Shown here: positions 25,640 to 33,573 of the stretch, one piece after another
Layout: every line of letters begins with the position of its first letter
Position numbering within the stretch: position 1 is the stretch's first letter
Origin: a virus
Direction: 5' to 3' (one strand)
IMG/VR virus record: IMGVR_UViG_3300045988_135203
Location: 1 to 49,698 of that record
Length of the DNA stretch: 49,698 bases
Program-made: the position numbers and the translations under genes
The notes under the pieces: generated by a model
Database searches by the model: none
Told to the model about the DNA's origin: nothing
Seen by the model: only the letters and a program-made list of their open reading frames with translations

Positions 25640-25690
25640 GAAGAGGGGTGAGAGGGAATCGAACCCTCTCGAACAACCGTTCCCCCTGTG
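25640..25690 (-). ncRNA. tRNA T-arm/acceptor-like minihelix immediately after stop of 25693-26061
   Basis: GAGAGGGTTCGATTCCCTCTC (7-bp stem with a canonical GGTTCGATTCC T-loop) flanked by GGGGG...CCCC. There are no D or anticodon arms. Confidence 0.3.
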
Positions 25691-25692
25691 GC

Positions 25693-26061
25693 TTACTCTA
25701 CAAAGAAGTAAGCCTTTCTTTTCTCAACCTCTCTCTGGATTTTTAAATCTTTAACAAGAGCGGTCAGCAGAGAAGTGATTCTCTGGTTTGTGAGTTCCGC
25801 AAGCTCTGGAACCTCTTTAGCAAGCTCTGTTGCTGTGAATCTCTTTTCGGATTCTGTAAGGAAGTTTACAATGATTTCTTTCAGCTTTTCATTTTCTTCC
25901 TGAGTAGCTGTTTTCTTTGTAGAAGATTTCTTCTTTTCAAAACCCTCTTTGATTTTTTCAAGCTTCTCAACCAGTTCAACAGAACCGTTGTTTTCTTTTA
26001 CAACCTTGATTGCCATTTCCATTGCTACTACGTTTGTAAGTTTGTTTGTCATACTTATCAC
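25693..26061 (-). CDS. Winged-helix-like protein, paralog family 1
   Basis: 122 aa carrying ELTNQRITSLLTALVKDLKIQREVEKRKAYF, with a class B promoter at 26091-26119. Confidence 0.65.
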   Translation of the reverse strand: MISMTNKLTNVVAMEMAIKVVKENNGSVELVEKLEKIKEGFEKKKSSTKKTATQEENEKLKEIIVNFLTESEKRFTATELAKEVPELAELTNQRITSLLTALVKDLKIQREVEKRKAYFFVE

Positions 26062-26090
26062 CTTTTCCTTTTCTTTTATTTTATGTATTT

Positions 26091-26119
26091 ATTATACCAT
26101 TTCTTTATTTAGTTGTCAA
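26091..26119 (-). promoter_or_regulatory. Class B promoter for 25693-26061
   Basis: TTGACA-N17-TATAAT. Confidence 0.6.
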
Positions 26120-26145
26120 GTCTTTTTTTATTTTTTCTTAAGGGC

Positions 26146-26313
26146 TTACTCGATGTAAGCCCCAGCGACATTCTTAATAGTGCCGTCCTGTCCAAAGAAG
26201 ATTACGTTATCCGCAACCACTCTTACACCTTTGCATCTCATCTCATGGCGAAAACCATAATCCTCTTTAAATCTTTTAATAAACTCTCTTTTTGTCATTT
26301 TTGTGTTTGTCAT
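26146..26313 (-). CDS. Small hypothetical protein (55 aa), absent from the ORF track
   Basis: ATG with a GAGAGG RBS and a class B promoter at 26345-26373. Confidence 0.45.
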   Translation of the reverse strand: MTNTKMTKREFIKRFKEDYGFRHEMRCKGVRVVADNVIFFGQDGTIKNVAGAYIE

Positions 26314-26344
26314 AACTTATTACCTCTCTTTTTCTTTTTTCTTT

Positions 26345-26373
26345 ATTATAGCACCAACTGCTAGGTTTGTCAA
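26345..26373 (-). promoter_or_regulatory. Class B promoter for 26146-26313
   Basis: TTGACA-N17-TGCTATAAT. Confidence 0.55.
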
Positions 26374-26451
26374 GTATTTTTTTAAATTTTTTTGAAGGCT
26401 TTACGCTTAACACTTGACTAAAAGCATTTACCTTTACTTCTTTATGTCTTT

Positions 26452-26480
26452 ATTATAACACCAGAAGTTTAATTTGTCAA
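26452..26480 (-). promoter_or_regulatory. Class B promoter (tandem, ~110 bp upstream of 26345-26373)
   Basis: TTGACA-N17-TATAAT. Confidence 0.5.
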
Positions 26481-26495
26481 GAGGTTTTTCAAATT

Positions 26496-26750
26496 TTATT
26501 TTGAAAGATTAACCTCAGCATCAACAGGTTCTACTCTCTGTACTCTATTAAAAGCTCGAATCTGCCCAGTAGCAAGATTAACTGCCATTACATTGTCTTT
26601 GTAGCTGTCAAGGAAAATACCACTATTTCTATCAACAACCATGTACAATCCCACTTCATCAACACCACTTCTTTTACTAAAGAATGTGCTTCCCACTGTC
26701 AACTTGTAAACATAAATTCCTGTCGCTTTCCTATCATAATTAACTTTCAT
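26496..26750 (-). CDS. Hypothetical protein
   Basis: 84 aa with a promoter at 26784-26812. Confidence 0.55.
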   Translation of the reverse strand: MKVNYDRKATGIYVYKLTVGSTFFSKRSGVDEVGLYMVVDRNSGIFLDSYKDNVMAVNLATGQIRAFNRVQRVEPVDAEVNLSK

Positions 26751-26783
26751 TTTTTATCATTTCCTTTCCTTTATTATGTATAT

Positions 26784-26812
26784 ATAATATCATATTTTTT
26801 ATTGTTTGTCAA
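26784..26812 (-). promoter_or_regulatory. Class B-like promoter for 26496-26750
   Basis: TTGACA-N17-TATTAT. Confidence 0.5.
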
Positions 26813-26828
26813 TAGTTTTTTAAAATTT

Positions 26829-27311
26829 TTACAGATTTTTGGTTTCGCTCACAAAATACTTTGCATGATAAACATTTAATAAATCTTTAACTGCCTTGCT
26901 TTGATTTTGATTTGCACAATAGCAATTAATTAAAACATATTTGTCAATATCAATATAATTGCAAGGTACGTGACAATCTTTAAGTTTTTTAACAAGCTCT
27001 TCCCAGCCAACAGCTTTTAAAACAGTTGCTTCTACTTTCCACAGTTTGTCTTTTCTTGCTTTCTCTTCACCCCATTTTACAAGCCAAACACCAATTAAAT
27101 TAGCAAGAAAAGTTACAACAACTTTTTGCCATAATGGAAAATCTGCGACTGTATAAATAAGAACCACATTATAATAACCATAATATCCCGCAGAAATAAG
27201 GCTTGCGACTGTTTTTCCTGATTTAATTGTTACAATAGATTTAATAGTTGAAAAGATAACGTTTACAACTGTCAATAATGAAAATAAAATTAATACATTC
27301 ATTGATTTCAC
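26829..27311 (-). CDS. Membrane protein (multiple N-terminal TM helices) with Cys-rich C-terminal domain
   Basis: 160 aa with a class B promoter at 27331-27359. Confidence 0.6.
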   Translation of the reverse strand: MKSMNVLILFSLLTVVNVIFSTIKSIVTIKSGKTVASLISAGYYGYYNVVLIYTVADFPLWQKVVVTFLANLIGVWLVKWGEEKARKDKLWKVEATVLKAVGWEELVKKLKDCHVPCNYIDIDKYVLINCYCANQNQSKAVKDLLNVYHAKYFVSETKNL

Positions 27312-27330
27312 TCACTTTCTTTTTTCTTTT

Positions 27331-27359
27331 ATTATACACCTACTTATGGATTTTGTCAA
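27331..27359 (-). promoter_or_regulatory. Class B promoter for 26829-27311
   Basis: TTGACA-N17-TATAAT. Confidence 0.6.
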
Positions 27360-27367
27360 GGACTATT

Positions 27368-27658
27368 TTATAAAATAGTCCTTGTTGTAATTTTTAATAA
27401 TTCACCTGTATCTTTATCATAATAAATAGTTGCTTCTGTACCAATAGGACAAACATAATTATCAATAGAATAAATTATATCACCCTGTTTATTTTCAAAT
27501 TCCATAGTAGTAGAATCACTGTCCTCGTGGTAAATTTTCTTTGTTGCAGTAACTTCTGTATATCTTACATTGCTAGTGTAATTTTCTGTGCTGATAATTA
27601 CTATTATGATAATAACCGCCAAACCAATTCCGGCTAATACATCACGCCATACTTTCAT
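27368..27658 (-). CDS. Membrane-anchored small protein
   Basis: 96 aa with an N-terminal TM/signal segment. Confidence 0.55.
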   Translation of the reverse strand: MKVWRDVLAGIGLAVIIIIVIISTENYTSNVRYTEVTATKKIYHEDSDSTTMEFENKQGDIIYSIDNYVCPIGTEATIYYDKDTGELLKITTRTIL

Positions 27659-27660
27659 AA

Positions 27661-27789
27661 CTATATTTCCTCACTTTCTTTAAAAATTTCTTCAATCAGC
27701 TTTTTAGTTTCTTCTACACCAACGTATAAAGCTGACTTTTCGATTGCATCAAATAAAAGTGTTTTTGCTTCCATTTCTTTTTCTGTCAT
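27661..27789 (-). CDS. Small hypothetical protein (42 aa), absent from the ORF track
   Basis: ATG after a GAGAGG RBS, with a class B promoter at 27821-27849. Confidence 0.4.
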   Translation of the reverse strand: MTEKEMEAKTLLFDAIEKSALYVGVEETKKLIEEIFKESEEI

Positions 27790-27820
27790 GCTTTTTATCT
27801 CCTCTCTTAACTATGCACTT

Positions 27821-27849
27821 ATTATATCATAGGGGCTGAGGTTTGTCAA
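27821..27849 (-). promoter_or_regulatory. Class B promoter with the -35 inside a GGGG...CCCC hairpin
   Basis: GGGGGTTGACAAACCTCAGCCCC hairpin immediately after the stop of 27866-28204, then TATAAT. Confidence 0.55.
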
Positions 27850-27865
27850 CCCCCATTTTTAATTT

Positions 27866-28204
27866 TTAATGATTAAACCGCAAATAAATTTTAGTCCAGC
27901 TGAAGCCGAAACGCTCTTCTAACTGTTTTTCTTCTTCTGAATTCGTTTCCATGATTGAAATTTTCATAATTGTATCCCAGTCAATAGTTGTAAACCATGT
28001 TCCTTCTTTCATGCCTTTACTAAAGCGGAAATTGTCAAGAATGTAATCCATTACTTTCTGTTTTTTAATTGTTTTCATACATTCTTCCAGAGAAATAACC
28101 TGACTGCTAAAAACTGGTTTAGTTTCAAAACCTGTTACTTTCCATCCGCTAATTTTACTTTCAATATTTAACATAATTATCAACCTCTCTTTCATTTGAT
28201 ACAT
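27866..28204 (-). CDS. Hypothetical protein
   Basis: 112 aa with a class B promoter at 28207-28235. Confidence 0.55.
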   Translation of the reverse strand: MYQMKERLIIMLNIESKISGWKVTGFETKPVFSSQVISLEECMKTIKKQKVMDYILDNFRFSKGMKEGTWFTTIDWDTIMKISIMETNSEEEKQLEERFGFSWTKIYLRFNH

Positions 28205-28206
28205 TT

Positions 28207-28235
28207 ATTATATCACAGGGGATTGAACTTGTCAA
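28207..28235 (-). promoter_or_regulatory. Class B promoter for 27866-28204, hairpin-embedded -35
   Basis: TTGACA-N17-TGTGATATAAT. Confidence 0.55.
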
Positions 28236-28244
28236 CCCCTAATT

Positions 28245-28478
28245 TTATAAAATTCCTTCAATCTCACAACATTTGCGACAAGCATTAATGCAATCATTCC
28301 ATAAGCCATCAGTGCTTGCGTACTCTGTTAAAATTTCATCATCCCATCCATCCTCAAGACCGCAAGCAAGCCAAACATCAATTACTACATCTTCACTGAT
28401 ATTTTCTCTGATAAATGTATCCATCTGCCTGAGTAAGTTCTTTCTAATTCTAACCATTTCATTTCTTGATACTTTCAT
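28245..28478 (-). CDS. Small Cys-containing hypothetical protein
   Basis: 77 aa with a promoter at 28511-28539. Confidence 0.5.
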   Translation of the reverse strand: MKVSRNEMVRIRKNLLRQMDTFIRENISEDVVIDVWLACGLEDGWDDEILTEYASTDGLWNDCINACRKCCEIEGIL

Positions 28479-28510
28479 TTGCTTGTTCCCCTTTCCTTAT
28501 CTTTAAATAT

Positions 28511-28539
28511 AGTATACTATAGGTGTGCGGTTTTGTCAA
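28511..28539 (-). promoter_or_regulatory. Class B promoter for 28245-28478
   Basis: TTGACA-N17-TATACT. Confidence 0.5.
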
Positions 28540-28637
28540 TATACAAAATAACCAAAAGTATAAAGCAATTTTTGTGCGGTTTGCCGATTGGTAGAATTTT
28601 GGGATTTTCTAGGCGTTATTTTTGTGCAAAATGTCTA

Positions 28638-28667
28638 TTGACAAATAGTTGCTTCGTGTGTTATAAT
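28638..28667 (+). promoter_or_regulatory. Plus-strand promoter of cassette 3
   Basis: TTGACA-N18-TATAAT. Confidence 0.55.
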
Positions 28668-28673
28668 TGAAGT

Positions 28674-28795
28674 TCGGGCCTAAGCGCACGCTGCCGGCCC
28701 GCCGATTTGTCAAGATGTAATTTTGCACAAAGATTCAGCTAAAACTTTGTGAAAACCGCACAAAAAACGCCGAATTAAAAATTCAGCGTTTTGCA
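28674..28795 (+). ncRNA. Candidate ~120-nt small RNA of cassette 3
   Basis: Promoter-to-terminator unit with a conserved GC hairpin. Confidence 0.4.
28762..28795 (+). terminator. Intrinsic terminator of the cassette 3 RNA
   Basis: AAAAAACGCCGAATTAAAAATTCAGCGTTTT. Confidence 0.5.
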
Positions 28796-28806
28796 CAAAA
28801 ATTAAA

Positions 28807-29181
28807 TTATTTTCTTGGCATACTTAGTACAATTTTATACTTGGTGCCATTCAGTTCAAAAAAGAACTCACGTTCATTGTTAGTCACATCTAAATTTTCT
28901 GCTCCCAGTTTTTCGACCGATTCTGTCAAAGCTGTGATGATAGCTTGCTTTCCTTTATTTTCTGGTTTTTTTCTTTTGGAAGTATCAAACTTGTAAACAG
29001 TTGTTTTTTTCTTGCGGTCTGCCTGTCGTGCTTTTTTAGATGCTTTTTCCTGTTCTGGTGTCAATGTAAAAAGTTTTTCCCCCTTGTCTATTCTTCTGTC
29101 ATCTTCTAACATTTGCGTTGCTTCTTCTCTGCTAATGTCTAGCAGTTCCATGTTACGCTCTATAATTTCGTTGTCTGTCAT
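28807..29181 (-). CDS. Lys-rich protein, paralog family 2
   Basis: 124 aa, paralog of 23440-23838, directly downstream of the wHTH paralog 29228-29608. Confidence 0.65.
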   Translation of the reverse strand: MTDNEIIERNMELLDISREEATQMLEDDRRIDKGEKLFTLTPEQEKASKKARQADRKKKTTVYKFDTSKRKKPENKGKQAIITALTESVEKLGAENLDVTNNEREFFFELNGTKYKIVLSMPRK

Positions 29182-29227
29182 TTTTAAGCCCTTTCTTTAA
29201 GTGATAGGGGGCTTTCGCCCCCTTTAA

Positions 29228-29608
29228 TTATTTTGCAAAAAAGTATGCTTTGCGTTTTTCAACCATTCTGTCAACTTTGCCTTCACTGCAAAGGGAAGTT
29301 ACAAGAGAAGTTACACGCTGATTTGAAAGTTCTTTCAATTCTTCAACTTCTTTCATCAGCTCAGAAACAGTAAGTCCATTGCCCGTATCCACAAGGTATT
29401 CAACAATTTTTTCTTTTAAGTGTTCGTTTTCAAGCTGAGTTGCTGTTGGCTTACGATTTGCGGAAGATTTTTTGTTTACCTGTACAAGCATTTTGTCAAG
29501 TTTCTCGATAACCTCTGTATACTTCTCTACATCAGTTTCTTTCAGAACCTCAAGTGCGATTTCCAGTGCCATAGCGTTTGTCATTTTTTTGTTTGTCATA
29601 CTTATCAA
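29228..29608 (-). CDS. Winged-helix-like protein, paralog family 1
   Basis: 126 aa carrying MTNAMALEIALEVLKE ... ELSNQRVTSLVTSLCSEGKVDRMVEKRKAYF. Confidence 0.65.
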   Translation of the reverse strand: MISMTNKKMTNAMALEIALEVLKETDVEKYTEVIEKLDKMLVQVNKKSSANRKPTATQLENEHLKEKIVEYLVDTGNGLTVSELMKEVEELKELSNQRVTSLVTSLCSEGKVDRMVEKRKAYFFAK

Positions 29609-29662
29609 TTCCTTTCTTAATAAGAGATTTATTATTTGTTTTCTATGTCTTTATTATACCAC

Positions 29663-29690
29663 CTGTAGTCTTGTTTGTCAAGACCTTTTT
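29663..29690 (-). promoter_or_regulatory. Class B promoter for 29228-29608
   Basis: TTGACA-N16-TATAAT. Confidence 0.55.
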
Positions 29691-29799
29691 TATTTTTCTT
29701 TTGGGGGACTTCTCATTGTTTTTCACTTCCTTTCTTTATCTTGTAATAATAATACCATATTTTTTACATTTTGTCAATAGTTTTTTTAAATTTTTTTCT

Positions 29800-30522
29800 T
29801 TATTTTTCCCAGAGTCCAGTTCTCATTTTTTTGTGCTGTCTATAACAATAATGACAGATTTCTTTTTCAATCAGAACGTCCTCAAGTCCAGTGTGTTTTT
29901 CTACAAAAGTATTATCTTTTGTAATAAATCTGTAAAGAATTTCGGCTGTCACTCTTAACTGTCCTCTAGTTGTGAGATAGTTATTTTCTTCACAAAATCT
30001 TCTGTATGATGGCATTTTACACACTACATCACGAGCCATTTTCATAGTATCACAGATTTCCAAACCATAAGGAAAGAAATATCTATACTTTGATTTAGTC
30101 AGCCAACGCTGAGTAGTGTTTAATGTGCCATAGTCAAAACGCATATTGTGAGCGAAAACTTTTGTTACGTTGTAACGTTCACAGCACTCTACAAGTTGTT
30201 TTCTGATATTGTAGAAAGATGTTAAAATTCTTTTACCGCTTTTAATATCTTCCCAATACATCGGAATTTTATTTGCATAGTACGCAGATTTCATAAGCTG
30301 TTTTTCATCAAGAAAAATGTCAGCATTTACGAATGACCATGTTTCAAAAACTTCACCAGTACGCTTGTTAATGACAGCAAAACCGCAATCATAAACCCAC
30401 ATATTTGTTGGAAGTACCTGTTCTAATGTTTTGTCTACTGGACAAGTTTCTGTATCAATTACAATGGAGTAATCCATTCTTCTGTCAATCTTATTAGTGT
30501 TTGGTCTGTTGATAAATTCCAT
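29800..30522 (-). CDS. DEDDh-type 3'-5' exonuclease (DnaQ/RNase T-like)
   Basis: Exo I SIVIDTETCP (DxE), Exo II FAHNMRFDYGTL and Exo III HTGLEDVLIEKEI (H-x4-D) in canonical order. Confidence 0.75.
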   Translation of the reverse strand: MEFINRPNTNKIDRRMDYSIVIDTETCPVDKTLEQVLPTNMWVYDCGFAVINKRTGEVFETWSFVNADIFLDEKQLMKSAYYANKIPMYWEDIKSGKRILTSFYNIRKQLVECCERYNVTKVFAHNMRFDYGTLNTTQRWLTKSKYRYFFPYGLEICDTMKMARDVVCKMPSYRRFCEENNYLTTRGQLRVTAEILYRFITKDNTFVEKHTGLEDVLIEKEICHYCYRQHKKMRTGLWEK

Positions 30523-30555
30523 TTTTGTTTACCTCTCTCTCATCTCTATGTCTTT

Positions 30556-30584
30556 ATTATATCACCAGTGAAGAGGTTTGTCAA
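30556..30584 (-). promoter_or_regulatory. Class B promoter for 29800-30522
   Basis: TTGACA-N17-TGATATAAT. Confidence 0.6.
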
Positions 30585-30756
30585 GAACTTTTTTAACTTT
30601 TTTGTAAGTTTTTTTATTTGCTTTCTTGTCTCTCTCTTCCTTACAAGTATTATAATACCACAAGCCACTAAAGATTGCAAGGATTATTTTTAAAAAAAAT
30701 TGCACAAAATAGATGGTTAATTTTTGTATAAAATGACCAATAGAAAAAGTGTACAA
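30562..30756 (-). CDS. Doubtful small ORF overlapping operator repeats and a promoter
   Basis: 64 aa, hydrophobic N-terminus. It reads through TTGTGCAA repeats and the class B promoter of the next gene. Confidence 0.2.
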   Translation of the reverse strand: MYTFSIGHFIQKLTIYFVQFFLKIILAIFSGLWYYNTCKEERDKKANKKTYKKVKKVLDKPLHW

Positions 30757-30866
30757 AGATTAAGGTGCGGTTTGTCATTTTTTTGGTAATCCTGCACAAA
30801 GATATTTTTCATCACATCGCACAATTTCGGGAATTTTTTTGTTATTATTTTTGTCTATTTTGCCTA

Positions 30867-30895
30867 TTGACAAAAGTTGCTCCCTGTGGTATAAT
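30867..30895 (+). promoter_or_regulatory. Plus-strand promoter of cassette 4
   Basis: TTGACA-N17-TGGTATAAT. Confidence 0.6.
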
Positions 30896-30943
30896 GGAAT
30901 TTCGGGCCTTGGCGTAAGTGAAGCGCTCGCCTGCGGCCCGCCA

Positions 30944-30972
30944 ATTTTATCACCTTTTGGAAAGTTTGTCAA
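30944..30972 (-). promoter_or_regulatory. Minus-strand promoter of cassette 4, face-to-face with 30867-30895
   Basis: TTGACA-N17-TAAAAT about 50 bp from the plus promoter, so the transcripts overlap across the GC hairpin. Confidence 0.5.
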
Positions 30973-30987
30973 GTAATAAAATTGCAC

Positions 30988-31018
30988 AAAAAAGAGGGCT
31001 TAAAGCCCTCTTTATTTT
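30988..31018. terminator. Bidirectional intrinsic terminator in cassette 4
   Basis: AAAAAAGAGGGCTTAAAGCCCTCTTTATTTT. Confidence 0.65.
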
Positions 31019-31206
31019 ACATCTACCATTTTAATTTTGTGAGGCTTGTTTTTTGCCTCCGCATAACTTGTGGTTTCTTTTACAACTTTTTTACTTTCCA
31101 TAATCTGATAAACAACTTTTCTCATTTTTAATACCTCTCTTTTCTTCTTTTCTATGATTTAATTATACTATAGGGCTTGGCTTTTGTCAAGCCCCTTTTT
31201 CATTTT

Positions 31207-31464
31207 TTAATTTTTTTCAATGGTTCTAAAGTCCATGTTTAATGCAAGCAAGACCTCTTCTGGAGTAAGGCTGTGACCCTCACAAATAACGTTTAAATTT
31301 GTTCTGTCAATCAGTCGAATCCAATCTTCTGACCTTTCAACGATGATACAAGGTTCATCAGATAAACAAGGACAATAACATTTACAATCAGCTCTTCCTT
31401 CACCATGCTGTCCTGCATAGCATCCCTCGAGTTCCGCACATTTATAACATTTACTTTCTACCAT
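31207..31464 (-). CDS. Small Cys-rich protein
   Basis: 85 aa with CYKC...CKCYCPC. Confidence 0.5.
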   Translation of the reverse strand: MVESKCYKCAELEGCYAGQHGEGRADCKCYCPCLSDEPCIIVERSEDWIRLIDRTNLNVICEGHSLTPEEVLLALNMDFRTIEKN

Positions 31465-31496
31465 CTTTTATTTCCTCTCTTTCTTTTGATACATTT

Positions 31497-31525
31497 ATTA
31501 TAACACCTTTTGGTTTACTTGTCAA
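31497..31525 (-). promoter_or_regulatory. Class B promoter for 31207-31464
   Basis: TTGACA-N17-TATAAT. Confidence 0.6.
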
Positions 31526-31541
31526 TACTTTTGTTTAAAAA

Positions 31542-31736
31542 TTAAAAATTATTTGAATCCTTTTTAATTTTTGTATCTGCTGTACTATTATTCAAATAGT
31601 TAAACATTGATAAAATTTCCTTTAACTCCTCAATAGAAACAAGGTTATTATTATTAATAATAACAACCCCGTTGGAATCTCCAACACGCAACTCTGCATT
31701 TGCATTTTCCAATTTCATTGTAACTGTTTTCATCAT
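31542..31736 (-). CDS. Small hypothetical protein
   Basis: 64 aa with a class B promoter at 31771-31799. Confidence 0.45.
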   Translation of the reverse strand: MMKTVTMKLENANAELRVGDSNGVVIINNNNLVSIEELKEILSMFNYLNNSTADTKIKKDSNNF

Positions 31737-31770
31737 GCTTTATTCCTCTCTTTCTTTATCTTATACACTT

Positions 31771-31799
31771 ATTATAACAGAAGCTCAAATCTTTGTCAA
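31771..31799 (-). promoter_or_regulatory. Class B promoter for 31542-31736
   Basis: TTGACA-N17-TATAAT. Confidence 0.6.
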
Positions 31800-31816
31800 T
31801 ACCTTTTTTGGAACTC

Positions 31817-32296
31817 TCAGAAAAATTTTCTGAGAGTTCCAATAATGTCGTTTACATCAAAACTGTTTTCGCCCCACTCTTCTCTGTTGCGTTCTTCATC
31901 ATCAAAGAGCCATCCGTCACAATCAACAACTGTACTTTTTGGTGTGCCATAATTTACAATTTTGACTTCATCCCACTCGACACTCGGCAGATGTTTTTCG
32001 AGCCATGCAAGTTTTACACTTGTTACCGCTGTGTTATAAGCTGTCGAACCGCTTTTGCTTAACCAACTCACAATACCGATTCTATAACCGTTTCCCTGTA
32101 ATTTATGTAACATTCTTGCAAATACTGAGAAGTTGAAAAGCGGTCTTGCGATTGCATAAGGCGTGGTATCCTCATTTTCCAGATAGTCTAACCAGTTTTC
32201 TACACCATAGAAGTTAGCTAAAGTACCATCCATATCAAAGTAAATAGTTCCTTTTGTCTCCATCATTTCTTTAATTGTGTTCATCATAATCATCAA
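31817..32296 (-). CDS. HAD-superfamily 5'(3')-deoxyribonucleotidase-like hydrolase, paralog 1
   Basis: HAD motif I FDMDGTLA (DxDGT) and motif IV LFDDE. About 45 percent identical to 36422-36889. Confidence 0.7.
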   Translation of the reverse strand: MMIMMNTIKEMMETKGTIYFDMDGTLANFYGVENWLDYLENEDTTPYAIARPLFNFSVFARMLHKLQGNGYRIGIVSWLSKSGSTAYNTAVTSVKLAWLEKHLPSVEWDEVKIVNYGTPKSTVVDCDGWLFDDEERNREEWGENSFDVNDIIGTLRKFF

Positions 32297-32324
32297 TTCC
32301 TTTCTTTTCCTTTTCTTTAATTAT

Positions 32325-32353
32325 ATTATATACTATCTTTTATAATTTGTCAA
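32325..32353 (-). promoter_or_regulatory. Class B promoter for 31817-32296
   Basis: TTGACA-N17-TATAAT. Confidence 0.55.
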
Positions 32354-32374
32354 CAATTTTTTTTAAATTTTTTC

Positions 32375-32806
32375 TCAGATTTTTGTAATCCCTCTATCTC
32401 TTAAATATTCACAAAAACTGTCGGCATCCAGTAAATCCGCAAGTTCTTTAATTGTAAGATTTTCTTTCTTGTATACACAACGAAATTCAATAGGTTTAAA
32501 GTTTTTTTCTGTAATTCTGTCTCCGCCTGTATAAAAATCATCAACGTTACTAAGTACAACCATTGGTTTTCTAAACAGTGTTTTTTCAAGTCTACCGTTC
32601 ATAAAAAAACCATCTTTTACTAAACTAACAAGCTGAGGAAAATCTCTGATTAAACCTGTCCAGTTTTCAGCATCTTTTGGCTCAATGTATCTTGCGTGTC
32701 GCCAGACGCTAGTATCAACAAATTCTTTCTGTCCCTCAAGTCTGTATTCAAATCTGTAATTATAAACCTCTTTCATTTTTATTTTCCTCTCTTTCATTTG
32801 ATACAT
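32375..32806 (-). CDS. Hypothetical protein
   Basis: 143 aa with a class B promoter at 32809-32837. Confidence 0.55.
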   Translation of the reverse strand: MYQMKERKIKMKEVYNYRFEYRLEGQKEFVDTSVWRHARYIEPKDAENWTGLIRDFPQLVSLVKDGFFMNGRLEKTLFRKPMVVLSNVDDFYTGGDRITEKNFKPIEFRCVYKKENLTIKELADLLDADSFCEYLRDRGITKI

Positions 32807-32808
32807 TT

Positions 32809-32837
32809 ATTATAATCCTCTTTGCTTTATTTGTCAA
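32809..32837 (-). promoter_or_regulatory. Class B promoter for 32375-32806
   Basis: TTGACA-N17-TATAAT. Confidence 0.6.
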
Positions 32838-33087
32838 GTAATATTTTATAAATTTTTTCAACTAATTCTTTCTGCATTTCATACATTTTATCTTCGTTAT
32901 CTTCTTCTAAATAAAGACGAATAATTTCGTATGTGTCATCCATGTATCTGATTTCTACCCAACCTTCATAATAAACAGTAATAACACCTTTAGAAGTCTT
33001 TCTGTTTTTTCTAGTATCTTTAATCTCAACTTTCTTAATGTTCTGTAATCCATAAATTGTATTTTCAACTTTAATATATTTTTCCAT
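32827..33087 (-). CDS. Hypothetical protein
   Basis: 86 aa. Confidence 0.5.
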   Translation of the reverse strand: MEKYIKVENTIYGLQNIKKVEIKDTRKNRKTSKGVITVYYEGWVEIRYMDDTYEIIRLYLEEDNEDKMYEMQKELVEKIYKILLDK

Positions 33088-33116
33088 CTCTTTTTCCTCT
33101 CTCTCTTAACTTGATT

Positions 33117-33145
33117 ATAGTATATCACATGAGATTGAATTTGTC
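33117..33145 (-). promoter_or_regulatory. Class B promoter for 32827-33087
   Basis: TTGACA-N17-TGATATACT. Confidence 0.5.
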
Positions 33146-33154
33146 AACACATTT

Positions 33155-33379
33155 TTAAATTTCTTTTTTTGCTTCTTCTGTTGTTAATCCATAACCTTTC
33201 CAAGGGTCGTACTTTCCAAACAGAATTGTTTCATCAACAGTATCACACATTTTATTATTGACATTGTAATCATAATAAAACCATTTTTTACAATCCCATT
33301 TTAACGGACAGTGGTAGCAAGTTGTTGTAGTTGCAACAGTGTCTATATTAATTGCCATTAACGCTTTTATCTTAATCAT
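33155..33379 (-). CDS. Small Cys-containing hypothetical protein (start trimmed to MIKIKAL)
   Basis: The N-terminal 65 codons of the track ORF are cassette 5 read antisense, with the same MQFYYLT artefact as 30775-30987. Confidence 0.45.
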   Translation of the reverse strand: MIKIKALMAINIDTVATTTTCYHCPLKWDCKKWFYYDYNVNNKMCDTVDETILFGKYDPWKGYGLTTEEAKKEI

Positions 33380-33529
33380 TTTATTTACCCCTCTTCCTTT
33401 ATCTTGATTATAGTATAGCATGGTTACGGGAAAATGTCTATAGGCAAATTGCACAAAGATTTCGCTGTAAAATAGTTGAATTTCTCTGTTTTGCACAAAA
33501 ACCGGCCGCAGCGCTTGTCGCCGGCCGGC

Positions 33530-33558
33530 CATTTTATCACACTTCTTCATTTCTGTCA
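33530..33558 (-). promoter_or_regulatory. Minus-strand promoter of cassette 5
   Basis: TTGACA-N17-TGATAAAAT. Its leader contains the GC hairpin and TTGTGCAA repeats and runs into 33155-33379. Confidence 0.5.
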
Positions 33559-33573
33559 AGTAGTAAAATTGCA

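Larger units (their letters stand above)
28540..28800. promoter_or_regulatory. Regulatory cassette 3
   Basis: TTTGTGC-type repeats (TTTGTGCGG, TTTGTGCAA), GAATTTTGGGATTTT, promoter at 28638-28667, hairpin CGGGCCTAAGCGCACGCTGCCGGCCCG, terminator at 28762-28795. Confidence 0.5.
30903..31018 (+). ncRNA. Candidate ~115-nt small RNA of cassette 4
   Basis: Promoter-to-terminator unit. Confidence 0.4.
30700..31020. promoter_or_regulatory. Regulatory cassette 4 (face-to-face promoters)
   Basis: TTGCACAAA and TGCACAAAG repeats, a plus promoter and a minus promoter about 50 bp apart flanking CGGGCCTTGGCG...CTGCGGCCCG, and a bidirectional terminator at 30988-31018. Confidence 0.5.

Noticed and set aside
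23928-29608. Interpreting the wHTH plus Lys-rich pairs as toxin-antitoxin modules
   Set aside because: No recognisable toxin fold (PIN, RelE, MazF, Fic, GNAT) is visible by eye in the Lys-rich partners. The idea is retained only as a regulator-family hypothesis.
30775-30987. ORF 30775-30987 (-) and the N-terminal 65 codons of 33155-33574 (-), both starting MQFYYLT
   Set aside because: Both are translations of the same conserved noncoding cassette sequence read antisense (terminator plus TTGCACAAA repeats plus GC hairpin). The shared N-terminus is a repeat artefact, not a gene family.
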